DNA of 64,000 nt from an uncultured delta proteobacterium (GCA_963826785.1 CAWGYD010000006.1:1024001-1088000); one strand, 5' to 3'; numbered from the stretch's first letter, positions 49,597-60,008 are shown. Notes: generated from the sequence alone by a model not told the origin. A program made the numbers and translations.

Positions 49597-49715
49597 ATCG
49601 GCTATAATAATTCATTTCTTCAAAATTGCAACCCTGCCCGGTGAATTTTTTATCGGCTGACCCGAAAAAATCCGGTAAAGAACCCGGATTCAGTTCTTTT
49701 TCGAATTCCGGATTC

Positions 49716-49801
49716 AAAGTCCCCCTTTGGAAAAGGAGGATTTAGGGGGATTTGGCGCCTCCCGGGAGAAATCCCCCCCGCCCCCCTTTTCAAAAGGGGG
49801 G
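49716..49801. repeat. REP-like double-palindrome element, copy 2
   Basis: AAAGTCCCCCTTTGGAAAAGGAGGATTTAGGGGGAT ... ATCCCCCCCGCCCCCCTTTTCAAAAGGGGGG. Confidence 0.8.
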
Positions 49802-49932
49802 AGAAAAACGATGACTGGATTTTTCGGGATAACCAGATTGCATTTTTTTATTTCATTTCAAAATGATACCCTATAATTTGAAAACGATTTTACGTTGACT
49901 GGGCGATAACCTTTGCGGTTAAAGGAGGGGGC

Positions 49933-51715
49933 ATGAACCATTTAGTAGACGTATTGAAAGATCGCTGTGGCGCGGATGCGCATAAAACGGCGTTCCTGGT
50001 CAAACAAAACGGGCGGTGGGAACCCGTTGACTGGGAGCAGGTCGATGTCTGCTCCGACCGGGTTGCCGCCGCGCTGCTGGCCGCCGGCCTGAAAAAGGGG
50101 GAGAGCGTCTGCATCCTGGCCAATACCCGGCTGGAATGGACCCTTTGCGACCTCGGCGTCGCCAAGGCCGGGGGCGTCAGCATCGGGATTTACCAGACCC
50201 TCTCCGGCGAGCAGGCGGCCTATATCCTCAAGGATTCGGAAGCCAGGTTCCTGTTTGTGGAAAACGCCCGGCAGGCGGAAAAAATCCGGCCGCATCTTCC
50301 CGATCTTCCCCGTCTGCAGCTAATGATCCTGTTTGACGGCAATGGAGATGGAAACGGCGGCACGACCCTGGATGCCTTCATGCGGCAGGGGGAAGATGCG
50401 CTGGCCGCAGACCCCGGCTGTGTCGAGGCGGCGGTTTCGGCCATCGGGCCCGATGATGTGGCCCTGATCATTTACACATCGGGGACCACCGGACCACCCA
50501 AGGGGGCGCAGCTGACCCACAGGAATTTTCTGGCGGAACTGAGGGCCACCGATCAGATCGATCCTGAGAACGTGGGCGATGTGATGATGTTTTTTCTCCC
50601 CCTGTCCCACGTGGGGGAGCGCATCGCGCAGTACATGCGCATCCGGCGGGGGATTACCGGTGCTTATGTGAAGGATATCACCAAAATCCTCGACGACATC
50701 AAAGAGATCCGGCCCACGTTTTTCGGCAGCGTCCCCCGGATATTCGAAAAGGCCTACGCCAGGATCCGCTCCCAGGTGGCCGCGGCCCCGCCCGTAAAGC
50801 AGAAGCTGTTTGCCTGGGCCGAGCACACGGGAAGGGCGGCCAGCCGGCATATCCAGCAAAAAAAGGCCATGCCGGTCAGCCTGAAAATTCAATACCGGCT
50901 TGCCGACAAGCTGGTGCTGTCGAAAATCCGGGACCTGTTCGGCGGCCGGGTCCGCTATTTCCTGTCGTCGGCCGCCCCGATTTCAGTGGAGATCCTGGAA
51001 TTTTTTCACGCCTGCGGCATGACCATCCTGGAAGGCTACGGACAGACCGAGGTCTCCTGCTTCTGCACCTTTGCACGCCGGATGCATGGCGGTTCGGCTC
51101 CGTGGGGCAGGCGCTTCCCGGTGTTACCCTCAAGATTGCCGATGACGGGGAAATCATGGTGAAAGGTGATATCGTGTTTGCCGGCTATCACAATCAGCCG
51201 GAACTTACCGCGAAAACCCTGACCGAAGACGGCTGGATCCGCACCGGCGACCTGGGTAGAATCGACGACGAGGGATATTTGTGGATCACCGGCCGCAAGA
51301 AGGACATCATCATCACCTCCGGCGGAAAGAACGTCACCCCTTCCAATATCGAGCATCTCATCATGAGCCATCCCCTGATCGAACATGCCATGGTCCACGG
51401 CGACCGGCGAAAATATCTCACCGCCCTGATTTCACTGTCTCCGGAGAACCTGAAGGAATGGGCGGATTCCCGGGGTCACCAGGGGCTCGACCACACGGCC
51501 ATGACAAGCTTCCCGCGGTCATGGCGGAGGTGCAGAAGGCGGTGGATGAAGCCAACCAACACCTGGCCAAATTTGAGACCGTCAAGAAATTCGTCATTCT
51601 CCCCAGGCCATTTGACATTGAAACCGGGGAGTTGACTCCCACCATGAAGGTGCGCCGCCGGGAGGTGGAGCAGAAATATATGGGGCTGCTGGACGCCCTG
51701 TATGCCGAAAATTGA
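49933..51715 (+). CDS. Long-chain fatty acid-CoA ligase (AMP-binding), two apparent frameshifts (~51070, ~51506)
   Basis: YTSGTTGPPKG, EGYGQTE, RTGDLG, GRKKDIIITSGGKN, GELTPTMKVRR distributed over three overlapping ORFs. Confidence 0.9.
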
Positions 51716-51941
51716 TTTTTCTGAAAGACTTGATTTATAAAAAACTTACGTGTAGGGTAGGCCTCTTGTGCCCGTTTTTGCGACATCATGCGATAGCGCT
51801 GAGCGGGCGGCAAAAGGGTGAAAAACAGGTCTTTCGCCAATTCGCCGGGATGGATTGCAGGCATTTCGCTTTCCGGGCGTTTTCGGCGGCATTGATGAGG
51901 CCTTTTTTTGCATAAGCGTGAGTCCCGGATGTAAGTTTTTT

Positions 51942-53286
51942 ATGCCAGAAAAAATTGTCATTATCGATGATGAACCGATAGCGCTCAAGCAGCTGCGGCG
52001 AATTTTTGAAAAAGAAGGCCATCAGGTATCCGCCTACAGTGATCCCTTGCGGGCGCTGCAGCAGATCGAGGAGTCGCCCTGCGATCTGGTCATCAGCGAT
52101 ATTAAAATGCCCTCCATGAGCGGGCTTGATCTGATGGTCCGCGTAAAAGCCCTGTTTCCCGATATTGAAGTCATCCTGATCACGGGGCACGCATCCCTGG
52201 ATGGCGCGGTGGAAGCGACCAAGGAGGGGGCCTTTCATTACCTGCAGAAGCCGTTTACCCCGGATCAGCTCCGGAAGCTGGCCGGAGAAGCCCTGGAAAG
52301 GCGGCGGGTGCGGCTGACGGCTGCCGAAGCGTCCGAATCCAATATCAAAGGCATCCCCGTCATCATCGGAAAGAGCAGCCGGATCCGGGAAGTCGTGGCC
52401 GTCATCGACCAGGTCGCCCCCACGGACTGCAATGTCATGATCTCCGGAGAATCCGGAACGGGCAAGGAACTGGCCGCCCGGGCCATCCACGCCGGCAGCC
52501 CCCGGGCGAAAAAGCCGTTTATCGCCTTTAACTGCGGGGCCTTCAGTGAAGCCCTGCTGGACAATGAGCTGTTCGGCCATGAAAAAGGGGCCTATACCGG
52601 CGCAGACAGCGACAGCCGCGGTCTGCTGGAAGCCGCCGACGGGGGGACCCTCTTCCTGGATGAAATCGGGGAGATGCCCCATGCCATGCAGGTCAAGCTG
52701 CTTCGGGTGCTGCAGGAAGGGGAACTGATCCGGGTGGGCGGACGCAAGACCGTTCCCGTGAATGTCCGGGTGGTTTCCGCCACGGCCAAAGACATCAAGG
52801 TCGAGGTCAGGGAAGGCGCCTTTCGAAAGGACTCTGTTTTACCGCATCAATGTGGTCAATATCCACATGCCGCCGCTGAGGGCGCGCCAGGAGGATATTC
52901 CGCTGCTGGCCTATCATGTGTTAAACCGCATCAAGGCCCGCAGCGGCCGGAAAATCGATGCGATTTCCGACCGGGCCATGGAATTGCTGGTCAACTACGC
53001 CTTTCCCGGAAATGTCCGGGAATTGGAGAATATCCTGGAGCGCGCGGTGGCGGTCAGCCGGGAAGACGCCATCCGGGTCTGTGATCTCCCCCCGGACCTG
53101 GTGGAACTGGAACTGCAGGAATACAAGCGCCCGGATGACCATTTGATGACGCTGGCGGAAATGGAAGAAGATTACATTGCTCATCTGCTCAGGATTACCG
53201 GCGGGGTCCGCAGCCGGACGGCTGAAATTCTGGGTATCGACCGGGCGTCCCTGTGGCGCAAAATGAAAAAATATCACCTGCAATAA
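51942..53286 (+). CDS. NtrC-family sigma-54 response regulator, apparent frameshift ~52833
   Basis: Receiver [31 protein letters not shown]; continues [18 protein letters not shown] and HTH in second frame. Confidence 0.92.
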
Positions 53287-53478
53287 AACTGTTTGTCCTT
53301 CGCAACACGGCTGTTCGCATCTGCAACAAATCGATCCCCTCAAGGTTTTACCTCACAGCCGGAACCCCGGTGCTTTTCTTCCTGTTGCATTCTGAAACCC
53401 CTTTTGCATTTTCTCTTATCAGGAAATGATCAATCTATTCCTGTAATTTCAAATAGGTTATATCTATAAATATACTAT

Positions 53479-53494
53479 TGGCACGTATCTTGTA
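53479..53494 (+). promoter_or_regulatory. Sigma-54 promoter for the USP-SLC13 operon
   Basis: TGGCACGTATCTTGTA, near-consensus -24/-12, AT-rich upstream, directly after an NtrC-family gene. Confidence 0.75.
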
Positions 53495-53521
53495 ATCATT
53501 CAGGGCCGGAGGTTGTCGGTT

Positions 53522-53968
53522 ATGTCCCGAAATATTCTGGTTGTTTTTGAAAATGAAGAGGTCTTTCCCGAGGCGCTGGTGTACGCGCGTGAGTTCGCCC
53601 TGCGCATCGACGCCCGGGCCACCCTGCTGATGCTGGTGCCCATGGTATTTGCCGGTCGGACCGTTTTGGGGCCGCGGCGCAATGACCTGAAGAAAATTGA
53701 AAACCGCAACGGCAAAATTCTCTCTGAATGCTCCCAGAGCTTAATCGCCAGCGGCATCGAGGTGAGTTCGGCCCTCAAGATCGGCGATCCGGCGGAAGAA
53801 CTGATCAAATTCCTGGCCGACCGGCCGCCGTTTCAGGCCATTATCTGGGGGAGCGGCCAGGATCTGCCGTCCCGGGGGATCGCCGCCGGCCGGCACTGGA
53901 TCGGCCGGGTGGCCGGCAGCCTGGAATGCCCGCTGCTGACCGTTTCCCGGAAAGGGAGTGAGACTTAA
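53522..53968 (+). CDS. Universal stress protein (USP)-like
   Basis: NILVVF, ALVYAREFA, IGDPAEELI, VAGSLECPLLTV; GGAGG RBS. Confidence 0.8.
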   Translation: MSRNILVVFENEEVFPEALVYAREFALRIDARATLLMLVPMVFAGRTVLGPRRNDLKKIENRNGKILSECSQSLIASGIEVSSALKIGDPAEELIKFLADRPPFQAIIWGSGQDLPSRGIAAGRHWIGRVAGSLECPLLTVSRKGSET

Positions 53969-54050
53969 AAATTAAGGTCAGGCGTCGGGGGCCGGACATC
54001 TCCGGACCCGGAGCCGATTCGTTATGAAACAATAATTGGACGGAGAGTGT

Positions 54051-55871
54051 ATGCAACCATTAACCCCAGACATGATCCTGGTCATGATCATGATCGGAGT
54101 AGCGATTTTTCTCTTTATCGTGGAATGGGTGCGGGTGGATGTGGTGGCCATTCTGATGATGGTATCCCTTCCGCTGCTTCACCTGGTGACGCCCAAAGAG
54201 GCCTTCGTCGGTCTGAGCAGCAACGCGGTGGTGTCGATCATTGCAGTCATCATCATCGGTGCGGGACTGGACCGGACCGGCGTGATCAACAAGCTGGTGG
54301 CCCCCGTTCTGAAGATCGCGGGCAACAGCCCCTCGCGGATCATCACGGCCATCTCCGTGACCGTGGCCTTCATCTCCAGCTTCATGCAGAATATCGGCGC
54401 GGCCGCCCTGTTTCTGCCGGCCATACAGCGGGTCAGCAAAATCCAGAAAATCCCGTTGAGCCGCCTGCTGATGCCGGTGGGTTTTTCCGCTATTCTCGGC
54501 GGGACCGTAACCCTGGTGGGTTCGAGCCCCCTCATTCTGTTAAACGATCTGCTGGTGCCGTTCAAGCTAAAGCCCTTCGGCCTGTTCGATGTCACCCTCA
54601 TCGGCCTGGCCCTGGTGGCCAGCGGTATCTGCTGCTTCATTTTCCTGGGGCGGTTCATCCTTCCCCAGGGAGAGGAGGCCGGCGCCCGGGAAAAAGAGGA
54701 TGTGACGGCGATGGCCAATCCCGGGGCCTCCCCGGAAGAATCACAGGATTTCTGCGAGTTGGCCACCCCCGGTGATTTCGACCATTATCGGGATCCCATC
54801 ACCATCTCCGACCTCCAGCGCCGCTACCTGGTCAATGTGGTGGCATTGACGGAGCCGCCGGATTTCCATGTCATATCGCCTTCTCCGGACATAGAGGTGC
54901 GTTCGGGCATCGATCTGGCGGTCTGCGGAACCCGGGCCGACGTGGAGCGGATGGCCGCATCCGAGGGGATGACCCTGAAAGAACTGCCCGAAACCTTCAA
55001 GACGCCTTTAGACAGCAGCCAGTCCGGCACCGTGGAGGCGGTGATCGCGCCCCGGTCCCGGTTTGCCGGCCGGTCTCTGCAGGATATCAATTTGCAGGAG
55101 CGCTACCGGGTCACCCCCATGAGCATCTATCGCCAGGAAGAGACCTACCGGGCCAAGATCGACGATCTTACCCTCCAGGTGGGGGATGTGGTCAATCTGT
55201 TCGGGACCTGGAAGCGGCTCAAGGACCTGCAGCAGGATGGCGGTCTTTTGTTTTCCATCCCGTCGGATATGGAATACATGCGGCCGGAAAAGGCCTTGTA
55301 TGCCGGCGGCTGGCTGGCCATCGCCCTGTTGATGATCATGGTATTCAAGGTACAGTTGTCCGTGTCCCTCATGACCGGGGCACTGGGGATGGTCATCACC
55401 CGGGTGCTCACCATCGACGAGGCCTACCAGTCGGTGGACTGGCGGACCATTTTTCTCCTGGCCGGCCTGATTCCGCTGGGCATCGCCACGGAAAAAACCG
55501 GCACCGCCGCCTGGATCGCCGGCAGTATTTTGAGCATCATCGGTACGGTTTCCCCCATTGTCCTGCTGGCGGTGATCGGGGTGCTCTCCACCCTGTTCAC
55601 CCTGGTGATTTCCAATGTGGGGGCCACGGTCCTGCTGGTGCCCCTGGTCGTCAACATGGCCATCGCCGCCCATGCAGATCCCCGGATGGCGGCACTGGTG
55701 GTGGGGCTGGCCACCAGCAACTCCTTCGTGCTCCCCACCCACCAGGTCAATGCCCTCTACATGGGGCCGGGCCGTTACCGCACCATCGACTTCATCAAGG
55801 CCGGCAGCCTGGTGAGCATCGTCTTTCTGGTGGTGATGATCCTGATGATCAGCCTGGTGTATGGTGTGTAA
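54051..55871 (+). CDS. SLC13/DASS (CitMHS-like) permease with central TrkA-C (RCK_C) domains
   Basis: RVDVVA, FMQNIGA, LVGSSP, soluble insert EAVIAPRSRFAGRSL..LQVGD, VDWRTIFLLAG, PTHQVN. Confidence 0.92.
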   Translation: MQPLTPDMILVMIMIGVAIFLFIVEWVRVDVVAILMMVSLPLLHLVTPKEAFVGLSSNAVVSIIAVIIIGAGLDRTGVINKLVAPVLKIAGNSPSRIITAISVTVAFISSFMQNIGAAALFLPAIQRVSKIQKIPLSRLLMPVGFSAILGGTVTLVGSSPLILLNDLLVPFKLKPFGLFDVTLIGLALVASGICCFIFLGRFILPQGEEAGAREKEDVTAMANPGASPEESQDFCELATPGDFDHYRDPITISDLQRRYLVNVVALTEPPDFHVISPSPDIEVRSGIDLAVCGTRADVERMAASEGMTLKELPETFKTPLDSSQSGTVEAVIAPRSRFAGRSLQDINLQERYRVTPMSIYRQEETYRAKIDDLTLQVGDVVNLFGTWKRLKDLQQDGGLLFSIPSDMEYMRPEKALYAGGWLAIALLMIMVFKVQLSVSLMTGALGMVITRVLTIDEAYQSVDWRTIFLLAGLIPLGIATEKTGTAAWIAGSILSIIGTVSPIVLLAVIGVLSTLFTLVISNVGATVLLVPLVVNMAIAAHADPRMAALVVGLATSNSFVLPTHQVNALYMGPGRYRTIDFIKAGSLVSIVFLVVMILMISLVYGV

Positions 55872-55923
55872 ATAGATGATCAAATATTAACCCTGAACCT
55901 GCTTTAGAAAAGGAAAACGGAAA

Positions 55924-56742
55924 ATGGCAATTATCACCATCTCCCGAGGCTCGTTTTCCATGGGAAAAGTGGTGGCGGAGCAGGTGGCCGAACGGCTCGG
56001 CTACGCATTGGTCAGCCGGGAAGTTATCTTAGACGCCAGTGAACGCTACAATATTCCCGAAATCAAGCTGTCCCGGGCCATTCATGACGCGCCGGGAATC
56101 CTGGAGCGCTACCGCCACAAGTCCCAGTCCTATGTCGCCTACATCCGGTCCGCCCTGATGGAGCGGGTATTGACGGACAACGTGGTGTATCACGGCCTGG
56201 CGGGACACCTGCTGCTCAAGGGCGTACCCCATGTGCTCAAGGTGCGGATCACGTCGGACATGGAGCGGCGGGTGAAAAACGAGGTGGACCGGGAAAGGAT
56301 CACGGAGCAGGAAGCCTATGCCGTCATCGGAGAAGATGACCGGCAGCGCCGCAAATGGACCAAGAATCTTTATGGCGTGGATCCCTGGGACAGCTCCCTC
56401 TATGACCTGGTGATCCGGATCGAGAAGCTGAGCCTGGAAGAAGTGGTGGATGTCATCTGCCGCGCGGCCGCAAGCGAGGCGTTCAAGGCATCGGCGGAAG
56501 ACCTGCGCAAGACCCGGGACCTGGCGCTGGCCTGCCGGGTCAAGGCCATGCTGGTGGACGATTTCCCCCATATCGGGGTCACCAGTGATTATGGAAATGT
56601 GCTGATCTATTCGAAGAGCCGGGATCACGGACACGGTCCGGATCGGCTGCTCCGGCGGATGGACGATATCCGGAGCCGCATCGACGGGATTTACAATCTG
56701 GAAGTGCATGCCGGCAGCGCGTTTCCCCAGGATGCCGTTTAG
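55924..56742 (+). CDS. Cytidylate kinase-like family protein
   Basis: ITISRGSFSMGKVVA, VVYHGLAGH, DPWDSSLYDLVI. Confidence 0.88.
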   Translation: MAIITISRGSFSMGKVVAEQVAERLGYALVSREVILDASERYNIPEIKLSRAIHDAPGILERYRHKSQSYVAYIRSALMERVLTDNVVYHGLAGHLLLKGVPHVLKVRITSDMERRVKNEVDRERITEQEAYAVIGEDDRQRRKWTKNLYGVDPWDSSLYDLVIRIEKLSLEEVVDVICRAAASEAFKASAEDLRKTRDLALACRVKAMLVDDFPHIGVTSDYGNVLIYSKSRDHGHGPDRLLRRMDDIRSRIDGIYNLEVHAGSAFPQDAV

Positions 56743-56772
56743 GGCGGGTTTACGGTAAAAAAGGAGGTTCAT

Positions 56773-57600
56773 ATGTCGATTGTGATTGTTTCTTCAGATT
56801 CCAGGAAGACGGAAGCGGAAATATCGGAAAAGATCGCAGCCAAACTCGATTACCAGGTACTGGGTCCGGAATTTTTGTCCGATATTGCCTCCAGATACCA
56901 GCTGGACGCGGGTAAGCTGGGAGAAGCGCTGGAAAAAAAGCCATCCTTCTTCAGCAGAAAATCGCTTCACCGCTGGCAATATCACCTCTCCTGCATCGAA
57001 GCACAGGTGCTGGACCGGCTGGGAGCGGACAAAATGGTCTGCTGGGGGCTTGCGGCGCATCTTTATGTCCTGGGGGTTTCACATGCGCTGAAGGTCCGGA
57101 TCATCTCGGGGCATGACACCCGGGTGAAGGCCCTCATGGCGGAAAAGGGCGTCGGTGAGCCCCGGGCGGTCAAAATGCTGGCCCGCCAGACCCGTGATCG
57201 GAAGAACTGGTCTACGGCGGCCTTTGAACTGGATGAGATCGATCCTTCGCAGTACGACCTGGTGATCAATCTCGACCAGATCGATCAGCAGGAGGCCGTC
57301 AAGACCATCATCGATGCCGTGGGATACCCCAGATTCAGGCCCATGACCTACTCGATTAAATGCTTGACGAACCGGACGCTGGCCGCCAGAGTAAGGGCAG
57401 TGCTGCTCAAAACCATGAGTGATGTCCGGGTAAAAGCCAGGGACGGCACAGTGGTGGTGACCACCAAGGCCATGAAACGGGAAAAGCGGAAGAAGGCGGC
57501 CGCCATCAAGGAACTGGCCGGCGGCATCGAAGGCGTCAGCTATGTGGAAGTCCACCTGATCAAGGACATATTCGGTGAAGCGGCCCAGAGTTTCCGTTGA
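56773..57600 (+). CDS. Cytidylate kinase-like family protein (degenerate P-loop) with BON-like C-terminus
   Basis: Paralog of upstream gene; GLAAH, DPSQYDLVI, VKARDGTVVV...IEGVSYVEV. Confidence 0.82.
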   Translation: MSIVIVSSDSRKTEAEISEKIAAKLDYQVLGPEFLSDIASRYQLDAGKLGEALEKKPSFFSRKSLHRWQYHLSCIEAQVLDRLGADKMVCWGLAAHLYVLGVSHALKVRIISGHDTRVKALMAEKGVGEPRAVKMLARQTRDRKNWSTAAFELDEIDPSQYDLVINLDQIDQQEAVKTIIDAVGYPRFRPMTYSIKCLTNRTLAARVRAVLLKTMSDVRVKARDGTVVVTTKAMKREKRKKAAAIKELAGGIEGVSYVEVHLIKDIFGEAAQSFR

Positions 57601-57724
57601 TTCCATTTTGCATTCAAGCGCTACCTGCGTTGGCTGCGTTCGTCGGCGCCTTAACGTACGTTGGGTACGCCTTCGTCACCTCCTCCTTGCCGCCTTGGTA
57701 TCATCTTGAATGCAAAATGGAATC
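57599..57724. mobile_element. 126-bp MITE/REPIN-like element with perfect 20-bp terminal inverted repeats
   Basis: GATTCCATTTTGCATTCAAG ... CTTGAATGCAAAATGGAATC with internal CGTAC/GTACG hairpin. Confidence 0.7.
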
Positions 57725-57756
57725 GCAACCCCCTAATGCTTGATAAGGAGCCTAAC

Positions 57757-58173
57757 ATGGAAAATAAACTCGAAATTCTGCTGCTCGATGACGAGCCCAT
57801 CGTGGGCAGGCGGCTTAAACCGGCCCTGACCAAGATCGGGTGCAATGTGGAGGTTTTTGAAAATCCAAAGGAAGCCGTTTCCCGCATCAACGAAAAAGAG
57901 TTCGATATCGTGGTGACCGATATCCGGATGGATGAAATGGACGGCATCCAGGTGCTGGAGCATGTCCGGCAGAAATGGCCCCGCACCAAGGTGATCATCA
58001 TCACCGGTTATGCCATGATGTCGCTGGCCCGGGAAGCCATGGACAAAGGCGCCTATGATTTTATCGCCAAGCCGTTCAAGCCCGATGACCTGCGCCAGAT
58101 GATCGCCGAAGCGGCCAAGGCCCTGGGTTCGCCCATCGATTTTACCCCGGCGGCCGATGCCGGCAGTGCGTAA
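57757..58173 (+). CDS. Single-domain response regulator
   Basis: LLDDE, VTDIRMDEMDG, ITGYA, IAKPF; AAGGAG RBS. Confidence 0.92.
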   Translation: MENKLEILLLDDEPIVGRRLKPALTKIGCNVEVFENPKEAVSRINEKEFDIVVTDIRMDEMDGIQVLEHVRQKWPRTKVIIITGYAMMSLAREAMDKGAYDFIAKPFKPDDLRQMIAEAAKALGSPIDFTPAADAGSA

Positions 58174-58263
58174 GGGTTTTTGATTCGTGCGCCTAACCGT
58201 ACACGTGATTCCCACCGGCACCCTTTGAGCCGTCCGCCGGTCCGGGACAAGAGCAGGATACCT

Positions 58264-59829
58264 ATGAAGAAGAATACGGCCGATCCGAAAGAATCAGGCG
58301 GTCCGCGATGGGAAATGCAGGATGTCCGCGAGCACATGGAAATCATCCAGGAAGCCCGCCGGGCGCTGCTGAACCGGAAACACTTCAGCGTCCGGAACCA
58401 CATCTACGTCGCCTTCATCCTGGTGTTTCTCTTTGCCGTGGGCGTGGCCGGCATACTGATCTTCAACATCTATCAGATTCAACAGCGCCTGGAATTTCTG
58501 GAATTCGTCAATGATTTTACCTCGGAGATCCAGCAGGCCCGGCGGTATGAGAAGAATTTTTTCCTCTATGGCACCAACATCGATGATGCCATCGAAAATA
58601 TCCACCTGGCCCAGGCCATCTTCTCACTCAATGCAGACCAGTTTTCCGAGATCATGGGGCCCTCCCTGCAGCAATCCCTTCTTTCCCGGATCGAAGCCTA
58701 TGAACGATTGCTGAGTCAGCTGGCCGACATCAAGAAGCGCCATCCCGACCGGCTGGCGGATACCGAATACATGGAAAACATCGAAACGGAAATCCGCCTG
58801 TACGGAAAATCCATTTCCGATTCAGCCCAGGGGTTGATGAAAATGGAAAAAAGCGCCCTGACCCGGACCCTGACCCGGTCGAGGGATATCCATTTCTATT
58901 CGCTGGTGGTGCTGCTGGTCATTCTGGCGGCGAACGCGTATCTGCTGGGCACGCGGATATATACGACACTGAAGCGCTTTTCCAACTATGCCCAGCGGAT
59001 CGCCGCGGGCGATTTCACCCCCATCACCCCCCAGCGGCGGTACCGGGACGAATTCACCTATCTCGCCCTGGCCATCAACGAAATGATCAAGGAAATCGAC
59101 AACCGCGAGGCCGCCCTCATCCAGACGCACAAGATGCGGGCCGTGGGGACCCTGACCGCCGGTGTGGCCCATGAACTGAACAATCCGTTAAACAACATCA
59201 TGCTGACCATTCATATGCTCATGGAAGACTACAAGACGCTTTCGGATGCCGAGCGCCTGGACATGCTCAAGGATGCCGCGGATGAAACCGGCCGGGCCAA
59301 AAAAATCATCAGCAATCTGCTGGATTTCGCCCGGGAGAGCACCTCCACCATGGAGACCCTGGACCTGTCCAAGCTGCTGAGGGATACCATGGCCCTGGTG
59401 GAAAACCAGATCCGTTTTTCGGGCATCGCTATCGAGCTTCAGACCACCGATAGTCTGCCGAACATCCATGGCGACGGCCAGAAACTCCAGCAGGTTTTTT
59501 TGAACCTGATCTTAAATGCCGTGGATGCCTCTTCCAAGGGGGGCAAGGTCCAGATTATGGCGCTTCCCGGGGACAAACCCGATTATGTCCGGGTCAAGAT
59601 CATCGATTACGGCAGCGGCATTCCCAAGCATATCCTCTCCTCGATTTTCGACCCCTTTTTCACCACCAAGGAAAAGGGGAAGGGCACCGGCCTGGGGCTC
59701 AGCGTATCCCAGGGCATCGTTGCCAAGCACGGCGGCCAGATCCTGGTGAGCAGCGAAGAAAACAGCGGTTCGAGTTTCACCGTCGTCCTGCCGGTCACCA
59801 CATTCCCCAAGAATATCCCCGGGCTGTAA
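58264..59829 (+). CDS. Membrane sensor histidine kinase (HAMP, HisKA, HATPase)
   Basis: Two TMs; ARRYEKNF periplasmic motif; GVAHELNNPL; NLILNA, DYGSGI, GTGLGL; exact start uncertain. Confidence 0.92.
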   Translation: MKKNTADPKESGGPRWEMQDVREHMEIIQEARRALLNRKHFSVRNHIYVAFILVFLFAVGVAGILIFNIYQIQQRLEFLEFVNDFTSEIQQARRYEKNFFLYGTNIDDAIENIHLAQAIFSLNADQFSEIMGPSLQQSLLSRIEAYERLLSQLADIKKRHPDRLADTEYMENIETEIRLYGKSISDSAQGLMKMEKSALTRTLTRSRDIHFYSLVVLLVILAANAYLLGTRIYTTLKRFSNYAQRIAAGDFTPITPQRRYRDEFTYLALAINEMIKEIDNREAALIQTHKMRAVGTLTAGVAHELNNPLNNIMLTIHMLMEDYKTLSDAERLDMLKDAADETGRAKKIISNLLDFARESTSTMETLDLSKLLRDTMALVENQIRFSGIAIELQTTDSLPNIHGDGQKLQQVFLNLILNAVDASSKGGKVQIMALPGDKPDYVRVKIIDYGSGIPKHILSSIFDPFFTTKEKGKGTGLGLSVSQGIVAKHGGQILVSSEENSGSSFTVVLPVTTFPKNIPGL

Positions 59830-60008
59830 AAAGCAGCCAACGCCGTCCGTCTTTCCTGTATTTCCCGGCAGGCCATGCTTATGTATTTTATGCAAGGCCG
59901 AAATTTGTGGACTTGCCGCGACCCTTCAGTATACTTTTGGGGAAAAGCGCTGGTGAAGGCCTTAGCGAAGAATTCGGACATTTAACCATCTTGCCGGTAT
60001 CTTGATCC

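Noticed and set aside
57661..57756. Longer start for the response regulator
   Set aside because: Extension lies within the MITE-like element; RBS supports ATG 57757
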